From sequence record DRR723986_2438: a stretch of DNA of 35,781 bases; one strand, written 5' to 3'. Shown in pieces: positions 26,857-35,771 of the stretch. The notes under the pieces are model-generated. The model was not told where the DNA came from. It saw only the letters and a list, made by a program, of their open reading frames with translations, and made no database searches. Numbering within the stretch: the first letter of the stretch is position 1; each line of letters opens with the position of its first letter. Made by a program: the position numbers and the translations under genes.

Positions 26857-27243
26857 TTACATTAAAACTATACCATAAGCCATATTTAGTAAGTATATAC
26901 CTATAAAAAATAATAGCATATAAATCACCTGTACCAGCTTAACATTAACCACCTCTAACCAATTAACCGTGCGCGTTGGTAACACAAATAGGGCTAAACC
27001 AATAAATAAGGAGAACCAACCAATTAAAGTTATAATGAGTTTATAATTGAGTTCCCAGATATTATGAAACAATACATTTAACAACCCAATACTAATGGCT
27101 ATAAATGCAGAAATGATTAAGAATTTTTCATCTTTTAAATCATTAAAAATCTGTTTTATTCGCTTTGGGTTTAGACTAAGAATTAAGAAAAAGATAATGA
27201 GATACCAGCCCCAAAACTTGGCTAAAAAAATTGAATTATCCAT
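26857..27243 (-). CDS. Small 4-TM membrane protein of unknown function
   Basis: 128 aa hydrophobic ORF with HNIW motif; overlaps the usp stop by 8 nt (translational coupling). Confidence 0.8.
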   Translation of the reverse strand: MDNSIFLAKFWGWYLIIFFLILSLNPKRIKQIFNDLKDEKFLIISAFIAISIGLLNVLFHNIWELNYKLIITLIGWFSLFIGLALFVLPTRTVNWLEVVNVKLVQVIYMLLFFIGIYLLNMAYGIVLM

Positions 27244-28096
27244 AATATTTATTTTTTTCGTGTAAGACTAAAAAAGGTACATCTGTATGATAACTTATCT
27301 TTTCAACTTTAGAATGAAACAATATTTGTTGAAAGTAATTGAGGTTCTTTGCTACCATACATATTAAATCCGTATTTCTGCTCTCAACAAAACACTGCAC
27401 GGCATCTTCTACTTTTTTATTAGTGAGGTAATGAAAACTAAATTTGTCATGCATAAAATAATCTTCCAATAGCTCTTTATTTTTAAGCTGATCTTTATTT
27501 AAATCTGTTTTGTTTTTATTAATATGAACTATTCTCAACGATGAGTTAAAACGATCCATAATATCTGATATTGGCAATAAAACCTGAAGGTTATGAGAAA
27601 GCGAAAAGTCTGTTGGAAAGGCTATTTCTTCAGGTTTCTTAAACGCAGCATTTTCTGGAATTGCTAAAGTGTTACATTTTACCTTGGTAATTATATCTGC
27701 GGTATTCGTCCCTAAAATAATTTTTTCTAATCCTGATGCTCCCTTGGTCCCCATAACAATACAATCTATTTGCTTCTCATGCACAACATTGCGAATAGAC
27801 TCTATAAAAAAACTATAATCAGTTAGGGTATAAAAATGATAATGATGATTATTGAGCTTTAATTTTGAAATACGCTTTAACAGCTCTCGCAATTTTTGTT
27901 TTGTAGGTTTTACATAGACATCTTCAATCACTCCGCCGTTTAAGACTAAAGGAGAATCATTTGCAACTAGATTATTAAGTCTAATGACATGTAATACATA
28001 AAAATTGTATTCTTGATTTTCAAAAAAATGGATAGCGTATTTAATAGCGTTCCATGAATTTTCTGAAAAATCAGTAGGTAGTAATATATTTTTCAT
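27236..28096 (-). CDS. Universal stress protein
   Basis: ILLPTDFSENS, MGTKG-x9-GTNT, CNTLAIP. Confidence 0.93.
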   Translation of the reverse strand: MKNILLPTDFSENSWNAIKYAIHFFENQEYNFYVLHVIRLNNLVANDSPLVLNGGVIEDVYVKPTKQKLRELLKRISKLKLNNHHYHFYTLTDYSFFIESIRNVVHEKQIDCIVMGTKGASGLEKIILGTNTADIITKVKCNTLAIPENAAFKKPEEIAFPTDFSLSHNLQVLLPISDIMDRFNSSLRIVHINKNKTDLNKDQLKNKELLEDYFMHDKFSFHYLTNKKVEDAVQCFVESRNTDLICMVAKNLNYFQQILFHSKVEKISYHTDVPFLVLHEKNKYYG

Positions 28097-28117
28097 CGAA
28101 CAACTTCTTTAAAGTAA

Positions 28118-28161
28118 CAAATTTATTGGTATCATTACAATTTGAAAATGATATCGGTCAC
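28118..28161 (-). promoter_or_regulatory. FNR-like box + -7 element (usp 28096)
   Basis: gTGAccgataTCAt (28160-28149), 23 nt, TAAATTTG (28125-28118). Confidence 0.8.
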
Positions 28162-28182
28162 TTTGAGCTTGTTAACATTCAT

Positions 28183-29232
28183 TTAGTCCATTTGTTTCAA
28201 TCTTTCTAAATCCATAACCTTAATATTTCTACCATCAGACTTTATGATGCCTTCTTTTTTAAATGTTGTGAGCGCTCTAATTAAAGTTTCTGTGGCTATC
28301 CCTGCAACACTAGCTAAATCGCTTCGATATATTTTTATAGGATCTTCTGGTTTTCGGTTTATTTTTTCGGCAAATTTTAAAATAGTTGCTGCGGTTTTCT
28401 TATTGACGGAACCATAAGCCATCTCTAACAACTGATTTTTAATACCTAATAAGTCATCAGACAACAACTGAATCAGTTCCATAGCAACTTTGTGATTTTG
28501 GTCTAAAATTCTATTGAACTCAATTGTAGAAAGACCAAGCAATTCAACATCTTCAATCGCTGTAGCCGTTTCTTTGTGTGGTTGATTATTTGTAAAAGAC
28601 GTATACCCAAAAAGGTCATCCTCTTTGTAAAGTGCCGTGACTAATTCTTTACCTTGCTCGTCGATTTTATAGCATTTTACAGCACCCTTATTTATTAAAT
28701 AAATATAATTTGAATGATCACCTTCTCTATAAATTACCTGATCTTTATCATAATTTAATTCAACGCCATTATCATCGAAGAAATTTTTTAAATCATTTAG
28801 AGTACGTAGTTCATTATGGTCTGTTTTACTTAAACTAGCAACACCTCTATATTCTTTTAAAATTGATGCTTTTGCAAGACGACTTTCTATAGCGCTGATT
28901 AATTCATCTTCTGTAAAAGGCTTCGTAATGTAATCATCGGCTCCTAAATCCATTCCTTTTCTTACATCCCTATGCTCAGTCTTTGCCGATAAAAATATAA
29001 ATGGAATGTATTTTGTACTCGAGTTTTTAGATAACACTTTAAGGGTTTCATAGCCATCTACTTCTGGCATCATGATATCACAGACAATAATATCTGGCAT
29101 ACTCTTTTTAGCTAAAGGTATACCTGTTTTTCCATTGGATGCTGTAATTACACGATAGCCCGAGATTTCAAGAAGTTCGGCTGTATTCTCTCTTAAAACT
29201 ATATCATCTTCTATAAGTAATATCGTTGTCAT
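28183..29232 (-). CDS. Response regulator: REC + cNMP-binding-like + Crp/Fnr HTH
   Basis: LLIEDD, IVCDIMMP, DYITKPF (REC); IYREGD..IYLINKGAVK (cNMP fold); RSDLASVAGIATETLIRAL (HTH_Crp). Confidence 0.93.
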   Translation of the reverse strand: MTTILLIEDDIVLRENTAELLEISGYRVITASNGKTGIPLAKKSMPDIIVCDIMMPEVDGYETLKVLSKNSSTKYIPFIFLSAKTEHRDVRKGMDLGADDYITKPFTEDELISAIESRLAKASILKEYRGVASLSKTDHNELRTLNDLKNFFDDNGVELNYDKDQVIYREGDHSNYIYLINKGAVKCYKIDEQGKELVTALYKEDDLFGYTSFTNNQPHKETATAIEDVELLGLSTIEFNRILDQNHKVAMELIQLLSDDLLGIKNQLLEMAYGSVNKKTAATILKFAEKINRKPEDPIKIYRSDLASVAGIATETLIRALTTFKKEGIIKSDGRNIKVMDLERLKQMD

Positions 29233-31109
29233 TGCTTCGCTGTATTTGGAATTGTTATAGTAAAGGTTGTCCCTTGATTTTCTATACTCTCAAAAGAAAT
29301 TGTACCACCCAAGTTTTCTAAATGGTATTTCGCAATATTTAGTCCTATACCTGTACCTTGCGTATTTATAGCATTTTCGGCTCTAAAGTAACGTTCAAAA
29401 ATACTTTTCTGATCATGGATTGGTATACCTATACCATTATCTTTTACGGCAAGGGTTGTGGCTTGTTTTGCTGAGCGCACATCAATGTCAATAATGGCAT
29501 ACTCCGGCGAATACTTAATCGCATTATTCACTAAATTAGTTAAGATTAAACCCAATACTTTTTCATCTTGATATAAAGAAATATCATCCATATTATCTGG
29601 ATAATTTATCTTTTGACCTTCCTTTAATACCATATTGGCATTGTATAGTACTTCGTCGAGTACTTTACTCAGTTTAAAATTACTGTAGGTATAATTTAAA
29701 TCTCCCGATTCGAGTTTTTCAAGCGATAGAAAATCATTTAAAATATTATTTAGATAATATACCTTATCTGAAATAGTTTTAATATGCTTATCTCGCTTTA
29801 TCTGATCCTCTGTAAACTTGTATTTACTCAATAGTACAGAGGAGGTTAAGATACCACTTAATGGTGTTTTAAATTCATGAGACACTAGAGATAAAAATTT
29901 AGTTTTAAGTTCATTGAGGTCTTTTTCTTTAGACAAGGCTACCTTTAACTGCGTTGTGCGCTCTTCAACCTTTTTCTCTAATTTTTCCGTATAATTTTTA
30001 CGTTCAGTAATATCTAAAATAATAGCAACAAATACATCTTTTTCATCTAAACTAGAAAGTTGTAAATGCACCTCTACAGGGTAAGAGGAACCATCTTTAC
30101 GCACGTGTGAGGACTCAAATTCAATTTTTTCAACATTTTGCTTTAATAGAGTGTCTAAAATATTTCTAAAATGTACTTCGTTTTCTTTAGGTTTAACATC
30201 AAGAGGGGTCATTTTCTTTAACTCTAGTAGGCTATATCCTATATTTTTCTGTGCACCATAGTTCACATTAATAAAATTTAAGGTTTGGGCATCAAACACA
30301 TAGATTTCATTTAAAGATTCATGGAAAATAGTGGCTAGATGGTTACGCTCTGCCTCGGCCTTTTTTCTTTTAGTAACATCATTTTGTATCCCAATAAAGT
30401 GGGTTATAATACCTTTTTCATTAATAATTGGCATAATGTATAAGTCATTCCAAAACAGTGAGCCATCTTTCTTATAATTGCGTAAAGTGACTTGGCAACT
30501 TTCGCCTTTTTTTATCGCTTCTCTTAGCACCTCAAGAGGTTTCTGGTCTCTGTCTTTGCCTTGTAGAAATCTACAATTATGGTTAAGAATTTCTTTTTTG
30601 GAATAGCCCGTTAGACGCTGAAAAGCAGCATTAAAATATATGATAGGATTATCTGGCTTCAAAGCATCTGTAATAATAATACCATTACTGGCGGACTGAA
30701 GCGCACTACTCTTGAGCATTGAATTTTTCTCGTTTTCCTTTAACTGAGAAATATCTTTGACTAGTGCCATCACGTAAGTCTTATTATAGATAGAGAATGG
30801 GTTTAATTCTACTTCTATATCAATAACATCACCTGTTTTTTTAAGTCCATAAATATCTGAGGCTTCACCCATACTTCGTTTTCGTCGCTCTTTAGAGAAA
30901 TCCTCAAAATATTTGGTGTGATTTTTTCTATAGTGTTGAGGAATAAGAATACTGAGATCTTTATGAAGCAATTCTGTTTTATTATAACCAAATATATGTT
31001 CAGCAATAGAGTTTACCTCCATAATCTGCTGATGGTCATCAACAATAATTACACCTTCAGAAATAGATTCTAATAGTATATTAAATATTTCTTGATCCTG
31101 TTGAAGCAT
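29229..31109 (-). CDS. Sensor histidine kinase with PAS (FixL-like), LOV and PAS domains
   Basis: PAS1 LSILIPQHYRKNH; LOV NHNCRFLQ; PAS3; HisKA SHEFKTPL; HATPase NAIKYS, DNGIGI, GTGIGL. Confidence 0.93.
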   Translation of the reverse strand: MLQQDQEIFNILLESISEGVIIVDDHQQIMEVNSIAEHIFGYNKTELLHKDLSILIPQHYRKNHTKYFEDFSKERRKRSMGEASDIYGLKKTGDVIDIEVELNPFSIYNKTYVMALVKDISQLKENEKNSMLKSSALQSASNGIIITDALKPDNPIIYFNAAFQRLTGYSKKEILNHNCRFLQGKDRDQKPLEVLREAIKKGESCQVTLRNYKKDGSLFWNDLYIMPIINEKGIITHFIGIQNDVTKRKKAEAERNHLATIFHESLNEIYVFDAQTLNFINVNYGAQKNIGYSLLELKKMTPLDVKPKENEVHFRNILDTLLKQNVEKIEFESSHVRKDGSSYPVEVHLQLSSLDEKDVFVAIILDITERKNYTEKLEKKVEERTTQLKVALSKEKDLNELKTKFLSLVSHEFKTPLSGILTSSVLLSKYKFTEDQIKRDKHIKTISDKVYYLNNILNDFLSLEKLESGDLNYTYSNFKLSKVLDEVLYNANMVLKEGQKINYPDNMDDISLYQDEKVLGLILTNLVNNAIKYSPEYAIIDIDVRSAKQATTLAVKDNGIGIPIHDQKSIFERYFRAENAINTQGTGIGLNIAKYHLENLGGTISFESIENQGTTFTITIPNTAKQ

Positions 31110-31172
31110 TGCTAATTAATTGTAATTACAGTAGTCAAATAGACCTTTAAATTATGAGTAGTTTATTAGCTT

Positions 31173-31246
31173 TAAAGGTACAATAATTCTGTGGTTATTT
31201 TTCTGATTTATGTCATAAATTAAGATTGAAATTCCTTGTATTTTTA
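31173..31246. promoter_or_regulatory. Bidirectional promoter with one central FNR-like box
   Basis: TGAtttatgTCA (31204-31215); TACCTTTA on minus (31180-31173) and TATTTTTA on plus (31239-31246), each 23 nt from the box. Confidence 0.78.
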
Positions 31247-31264
31247 AGGCTAAATGTATCTGTT

Positions 31265-31675
31265 TTGAATAGTCATATACCATCACGAATTCAATTCTAC
31301 CAAAACCTTGGTAAACTTTTCTATGCCTTTGCTGCTATAGATAATGAAGTGAGAAAAGAAGAATTAAAGAAGCTGATACAAATTGTAAACACAAAATGGA
31401 TAATTGTAAAGGATTTTGACAAAACTGCCAGTAATGCTATTATTAACACCTTTAAATGGTTATATAATGATAATGAATACAATGCAGAATTATGTTACAA
31501 GAGTTTTTTACAATATTTAGATAAAAATAGATCTCTTTTTAATGAAAACATTAATTCTTTAATTATTAAAACAGCTACTGAAATAACCGCAAGTTTCTCG
31601 GGTCAGAATAAATCTGAAGTGATTTTACTTGCAAAACTTAGTTTAGAACTAAAAAAACACAATGATGAAACATAG
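31265..31675 (+). CDS. Hypothetical protein, TerB-like helical fold
   Basis: LFYAFAAIDNEVRKEE motif; start uncertain, TTG 31265 chosen because TTG 31226 lies upstream of the -7 element. Confidence 0.65.
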   Translation: MNSHIPSRIQFYQNLGKLFYAFAAIDNEVRKEELKKLIQIVNTKWIIVKDFDKTASNAIINTFKWLYNDNEYNAELCYKSFLQYLDKNRSLFNENINSLIIKTATEITASFSGQNKSEVILLAKLSLELKKHNDET

Positions 31676-31961
31676 TTTTAATTCCATAATTAATTCAGAA
31701 ACACCTGTCTTGGTTGACTTTTTTGCCGATTGGTGTGGTCCATGTAAAATGTTAGCTCCTATACTAAAACAGGTGAAAGATGAGCTAGGTGAATCGGTGA
31801 AAATTGTGAAGATTGACGTTGATAAAAATCAACAACTAGCTGCAAAATATCAAGTCAGAGGTGTCCCTACAATGCTCTTATTTAAAAATGGCAAACAAGT
31901 CTGGAGACAATCTGGAGTATTACAAAAAAATGATATTATAAATGTTATTCAATCAAATTGA
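31662..31961 (+). CDS. trxA: Thioredoxin
   Basis: VDFFADWCGPCK, VRGVPT. Confidence 0.95.
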   Translation: MMKHSFNSIINSETPVLVDFFADWCGPCKMLAPILKQVKDELGESVKIVKIDVDKNQQLAAKYQVRGVPTMLLFKNGKQVWRQSGVLQKNDIINVIQSN

Positions 31962-32010
31962 TTAGGGTAAATTAACCCCTATATCAATACCAGAAATTAT
32001 TTACCCAGGT

Positions 32011-32054
32011 CTGACCAATATCATTTCAAGGGAATATTAGCTATACTACTTTTG
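32011..32054 (+). promoter_or_regulatory. FNR-like box + -7 element (WG-repeat/ABC exporter operon)
   Basis: cTGAccaataTCAt (32012-32023), 23 nt, TACTTTTG (32047-32054). Confidence 0.8.
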
Positions 32055-32081
32055 ATGCAATAATCCATAAATGATAATAGC

Positions 32082-32702
32082 ATGAAAAGAGTCATAGTTT
32101 TAATATTAGTTATTGCGATACTACCTTTTTACAGTTACGCACAGAATATAGACGACATTGATTATATCTCCCCATTCTATGATGGTGTGGCTGCAATTAA
32201 AAAAGATAATCAGTGGGCATTTATGAATAACAACGGAGATATTATGGTTGCCTTCAGAAATGATTTAGTTATAATAAAAACAGAAGACGGTAGTTATCCT
32301 ATTTTTTATAATGGTAGATGTCTAATAGAGGAACAAAAGGATGGTATCACCTACTTTGGGTATATAGATATTACAGGAACTACCATTATAAAACCAAGAT
32401 TTTTAAATGCCACCAATTTTAGTGATGGTAAAGCATTAGCCTTAGAGTTAATTAAGCAAGAAGTCGGTAAAAATGATGCTCTAGATAAAAACATTGTGTA
32501 TTACAACTATGTTGAAGTTGTTATTGACACCAGCGGTGAAATTAAAAACTATATTAATCCTAAAGGTACAAATGTAGTTTTAGACAAAAAGTTTTTAAGA
32601 AAACCACCAAAAATTTTATCTAGACGAATTTCAGATCATCTTGTAGCAAGAAAAGATAAAAATGGCAAATGGTACATTATAAAATTAAATCATACTGAAT
32701 GA
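32082..32702 (+). CDS. Secreted WG-repeat-like protein
   Basis: Signal peptide; FYDGVAAIK...WAFMNNNG and FGYIDITG..IIKPRF..ATNFSDG repeats. Confidence 0.8.
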   Translation: MKRVIVLILVIAILPFYSYAQNIDDIDYISPFYDGVAAIKKDNQWAFMNNNGDIMVAFRNDLVIIKTEDGSYPIFYNGRCLIEEQKDGITYFGYIDITGTTIIKPRFLNATNFSDGKALALELIKQEVGKNDALDKNIVYYNYVEVVIDTSGEIKNYINPKGTNVVLDKKFLRKPPKILSRRISDHLVARKDKNGKWYIIKLNHTE

Positions 32703-33778
32703 AGAGACTCCTAACATTCTTAATTGGTCTTTTACTTTTAACTTGCTCAGACAACACAAATAAAATCTTACCTGTAGAGCGCAGCTTAACGGAGTCTGTT
32801 TATTCCTCTGCAACTGTGCAACCCGATAGCTTATATCAAGTTTATGCCATAGTTGCAGGAATTATAGAGAACAATTTAGTTGAAGAAGGCTCATTGGTTT
32901 CAGAAGGGCAATCCTTAATTCAAATTATTAACAATACACCAGAATTAAACACTCAAAATGCCAAATATGCATTAGAGTTAGCGAAAGAAAATTACAATGG
33001 TAGTGCAACGATATTGGAAAGTATCGAAGACGAGATGGCATCAGCAAGATTAAAATATAAAAACGACTCTACTAACTACTTTAGACAACGTAATCTTTGG
33101 AAACAACAAATTGGCTCTAAAGCCGAATATGATACCAAAAAATTAAATTACGAGTTATCCCAAAATAATTTAAAACTATTAGAGAGTAAGTACAAAAGAA
33201 CCAAAAATGAACTACTTAAGGCAGTGAAGCAAGCACAAAACAATTATAAAACCTCGCTAATTACAACAAAGGATTATACGGTTAACAGCAAGATTAACGG
33301 TAAAGTATATGCGCTTTATAAAGAACCAGGCGAAATTGTTAATACCATGGAACCATTAGCCGCAATAGGAAGTAAACGCAATTTTATAATTGAATTATTA
33401 GTCGATGAAGTTGATATTGTTAAAATTAGTTTAGGTCAAGACGTACTGATTACTTTAGATGCCTATAAAAATCAAGTCTTTAAAGGAAAAACATCAATGA
33501 TATATCCTCAAAAAGATGAACGAAATCAAACCTTTTTAGTCGAGGCTGTTTTTGAAAAACCTCCAAATGTTTTGTATCCAGGATTATCTGGTGAAGCCAA
33601 TATTATTATTGCGAAAAAGGAACATGTATTAACCATTCCTAAATCTTATGTTATTGATGGTTCTATGGTTAAAACTGATGAAGGCTTAACACCTATTACT
33701 ACCGGACTCGAAAATATGGAATTTATCGAAGTCCTTTCGGGTATTAATAAAGACACCTACCTCTACAACCCTGAATAA
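32699..33778 (+). CDS. Efflux periplasmic adaptor subunit (MacA/HlyD-like), probable lipoprotein
   Basis: LLLTC lipobox-like, VEEG..V..GQ.L lipoyl motif, coiled coil, VDEVDI..I..GQ, LYPGLS. Confidence 0.88.
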   Translation: MKRLLTFLIGLLLLTCSDNTNKILPVERSLTESVYSSATVQPDSLYQVYAIVAGIIENNLVEEGSLVSEGQSLIQIINNTPELNTQNAKYALELAKENYNGSATILESIEDEMASARLKYKNDSTNYFRQRNLWKQQIGSKAEYDTKKLNYELSQNNLKLLESKYKRTKNELLKAVKQAQNNYKTSLITTKDYTVNSKINGKVYALYKEPGEIVNTMEPLAAIGSKRNFIIELLVDEVDIVKISLGQDVLITLDAYKNQVFKGKTSMIYPQKDERNQTFLVEAVFEKPPNVLYPGLSGEANIIIAKKEHVLTIPKSYVIDGSMVKTDEGLTPITTGLENMEFIEVLSGINKDTYLYNPE

Positions 33779-35040
33779 TGACCAATTGGAGCGTTATATT
33801 AAACATAGCCAAAACCCATTTGCTGACAAAAATTAAGCAAACCTCAATAGCTGCTTTAGGGGTAACTTTTGGGATTGGGTCTTACATTACATTGGTCTGT
33901 TTTATGACCGGTTTAAACGCCATGCTCGATGATTTAATATTAAATCAGACACCACACATCCATGTTTACAACGAAATTGCTCCATCAAAACAACAACCTA
34001 TATCACTAATAGACCAAATCGAAAACAGTTTTAACGTCGTACATTCTATTAAACCAAAACTCAGCCAGAAAAAAATTCATAATGCCTTACCGATTATCGA
34101 TTATTTAGAAGCTAACAATATTGTGCGAGGTGCCCTTCCTCAAATAAAAACTCAAATCTTCTATATCGCTGGTTCTATTGAAATAGGTGGCAATCTTACA
34201 GGTATTAATCCTGTTGACGAAGCTAAGCTCTTTAATATGAGCGACTATATCGTTGAAGGTTCTGCAGAGGCACTACAAAATACAGATAATGGAATACTAT
34301 TAGGTATCGGTATGGCAAAAAAAATGGCTCTAAATATTGGTGATCGGGTTCAGGTAAGTCCTATAAATGGGGGCATATTTTCATTAAAAATAGTCGGGTT
34401 TTATCAAAGTGGTATTGCAGATTTAGACGCTATTCAAAGTTTTGCCAACATTAAAACGGTTCAGCGTATTTTGGGCAAAGCCAATAATTATATCACCGAC
34501 ATTAATGTAAAATTATATGATATTGAACAAGCCGTAGCACTGGCAAAAAAGATAGAATCGCAATTTAATCTCACAGCCATTGATATTAAGGCCGCAAATG
34601 CACAGTTTGATACAGGAACAACCATTCGAAATCTCATTACCTATGCCGTTTCAATAACTTTGCTCATTGTAGCAGGTTTTGGCATTTACAATATTCTCAA
34701 TATGCTTATTTATGAAAAAATGAATGACATTGCCATATTAAAAGCTACTGGATTTTCTGGCAAGGACGTGCAACTCATTTTTATGAGCCAGGCTATGATT
34801 ATTGGTTTTGTTGGTGGTGTTTTAGGATTGCTGATTGGTTTTGGATTGGCCAGTTTAATTGATACGATTCCTTTTCAAACAGAAGCCTTACCAACTGTAG
34901 AAACGTATCCAATAAATATGAATCCCTTATTTTTTGTCATTGGGTTTACATTCGCCATGATTTCAACCTTTTTAGCAGGCTATTTACCCTCTAAAAAAGC
35001 AAAAAAGATAGATCCTGTAAAAATTATAAGAGGTCAGTAA
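33778..35040 (+). CDS. ABC transporter permease (MacB/LolC-E family)
   Basis: N-terminal TM, periplasmic domain, EKMNDIAILKATGFS, PSKKAKKIDPV. Confidence 0.92.
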   Translation: MTNWSVILNIAKTHLLTKIKQTSIAALGVTFGIGSYITLVCFMTGLNAMLDDLILNQTPHIHVYNEIAPSKQQPISLIDQIENSFNVVHSIKPKLSQKKIHNALPIIDYLEANNIVRGALPQIKTQIFYIAGSIEIGGNLTGINPVDEAKLFNMSDYIVEGSAEALQNTDNGILLGIGMAKKMALNIGDRVQVSPINGGIFSLKIVGFYQSGIADLDAIQSFANIKTVQRILGKANNYITDINVKLYDIEQAVALAKKIESQFNLTAIDIKAANAQFDTGTTIRNLITYAVSITLLIVAGFGIYNILNMLIYEKMNDIAILKATGFSGKDVQLIFMSQAMIIGFVGGVLGLLIGFGLASLIDTIPFQTEALPTVETYPINMNPLFFVIGFTFAMISTFLAGYLPSKKAKKIDPVKIIRGQ

Positions 35041-35041
35041 T

Positions 35042-35716
35042 ATGAGTATCGTTTTAGAAGCAAAACATATCAACAAATATTTTAAAAAACCTCTGCTTTT
35101 TCATGTGCTTAAAGACATCAACTTTAGCGTTAATCAAGGAGAATTTGCCTCTATTATGGGAAAATCTGGGTGCGGAAAGTCTACCCTACTCTATATTCTT
35201 TCGACAATGGATACCGATTATGAAGGGGAATTATATCTCAATAATCAACTTATATCGAGACAAGATAAACAGCATTTATCTTACCTGCGAAATAAGCATA
35301 TTGGCTTTGTCTTTCAGTTTCACTATTTATTGTCGGAGTTTACCGTTTTAGAAAATGTCATGCTTCCTGCTAAAAAACTAGCGGAGAAATCACTAAAAGA
35401 GATTGAACACGATGCCATGGACAAATTGAAAATGCTTCATATAGACCATTTAGCTAAAAAAAGAGCATCACAAGTTTCAGGAGGAGAAAAACAACGTGTA
35501 GCTATAGCTCGAGCTCTTATCAATAATCCTTCGATAATTATGGGAGATGAGCCAACTGGTAATTTAGATAGCCATAATGCCGAAAATGTATTCAATATCT
35601 TTAAACAGTTAAGTGACGATAAAGGATTATCCCTTCTGATAGTAACACATGATGAAGATTTCGCGAAAAAGACAGACAGAATCATACAGATGGAGGACGG
35701 CAGAATTCTTTTGTAA
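35042..35716 (+). CDS. ABC transporter ATP-binding protein (LolD/MacB-like)
   Basis: GKSGCGKST, GFVFQFHYLL, SGGEKQR, DEPTGNLD, VTHD. Confidence 0.95.
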   Translation: MSIVLEAKHINKYFKKPLLFHVLKDINFSVNQGEFASIMGKSGCGKSTLLYILSTMDTDYEGELYLNNQLISRQDKQHLSYLRNKHIGFVFQFHYLLSEFTVLENVMLPAKKLAEKSLKEIEHDAMDKLKMLHIDHLAKKRASQVSGGEKQRVAIARALINNPSIIMGDEPTGNLDSHNAENVFNIFKQLSDDKGLSLLIVTHDEDFAKKTDRIIQMEDGRILL

Positions 35717-35727
35717 GCATTCCTATA

Positions 35728-35771
35728 ATGATATAAATCATTTCTAATGACGCCTTTAAAGGCTAATTTTA
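35728..35771 (+). promoter_or_regulatory. FNR-like box + -7 element for the next gene beyond the window
   Basis: aTGAtataaaTCAt (35729-35740), 23 nt, TAATTTTA (35764-35771). Confidence 0.75.

Noticed and set aside
31226-31268. TTG start at 31226 and uORF MYLF* (31254-31268)
   Set aside because: 31226 lies upstream of the predicted -7 element; the uORF is too short to support
4458-35685. Other short track ORFs nested in or antisense to real genes (e.g. 4458, 6511, 7259, 7720, 12902, 16264, 17033, 17881, 18720, 20037, 23164, 25308, 30815, 35103, 35437)
   Set aside because: They overlap well-supported genes, often use non-ATG starts and show no family features
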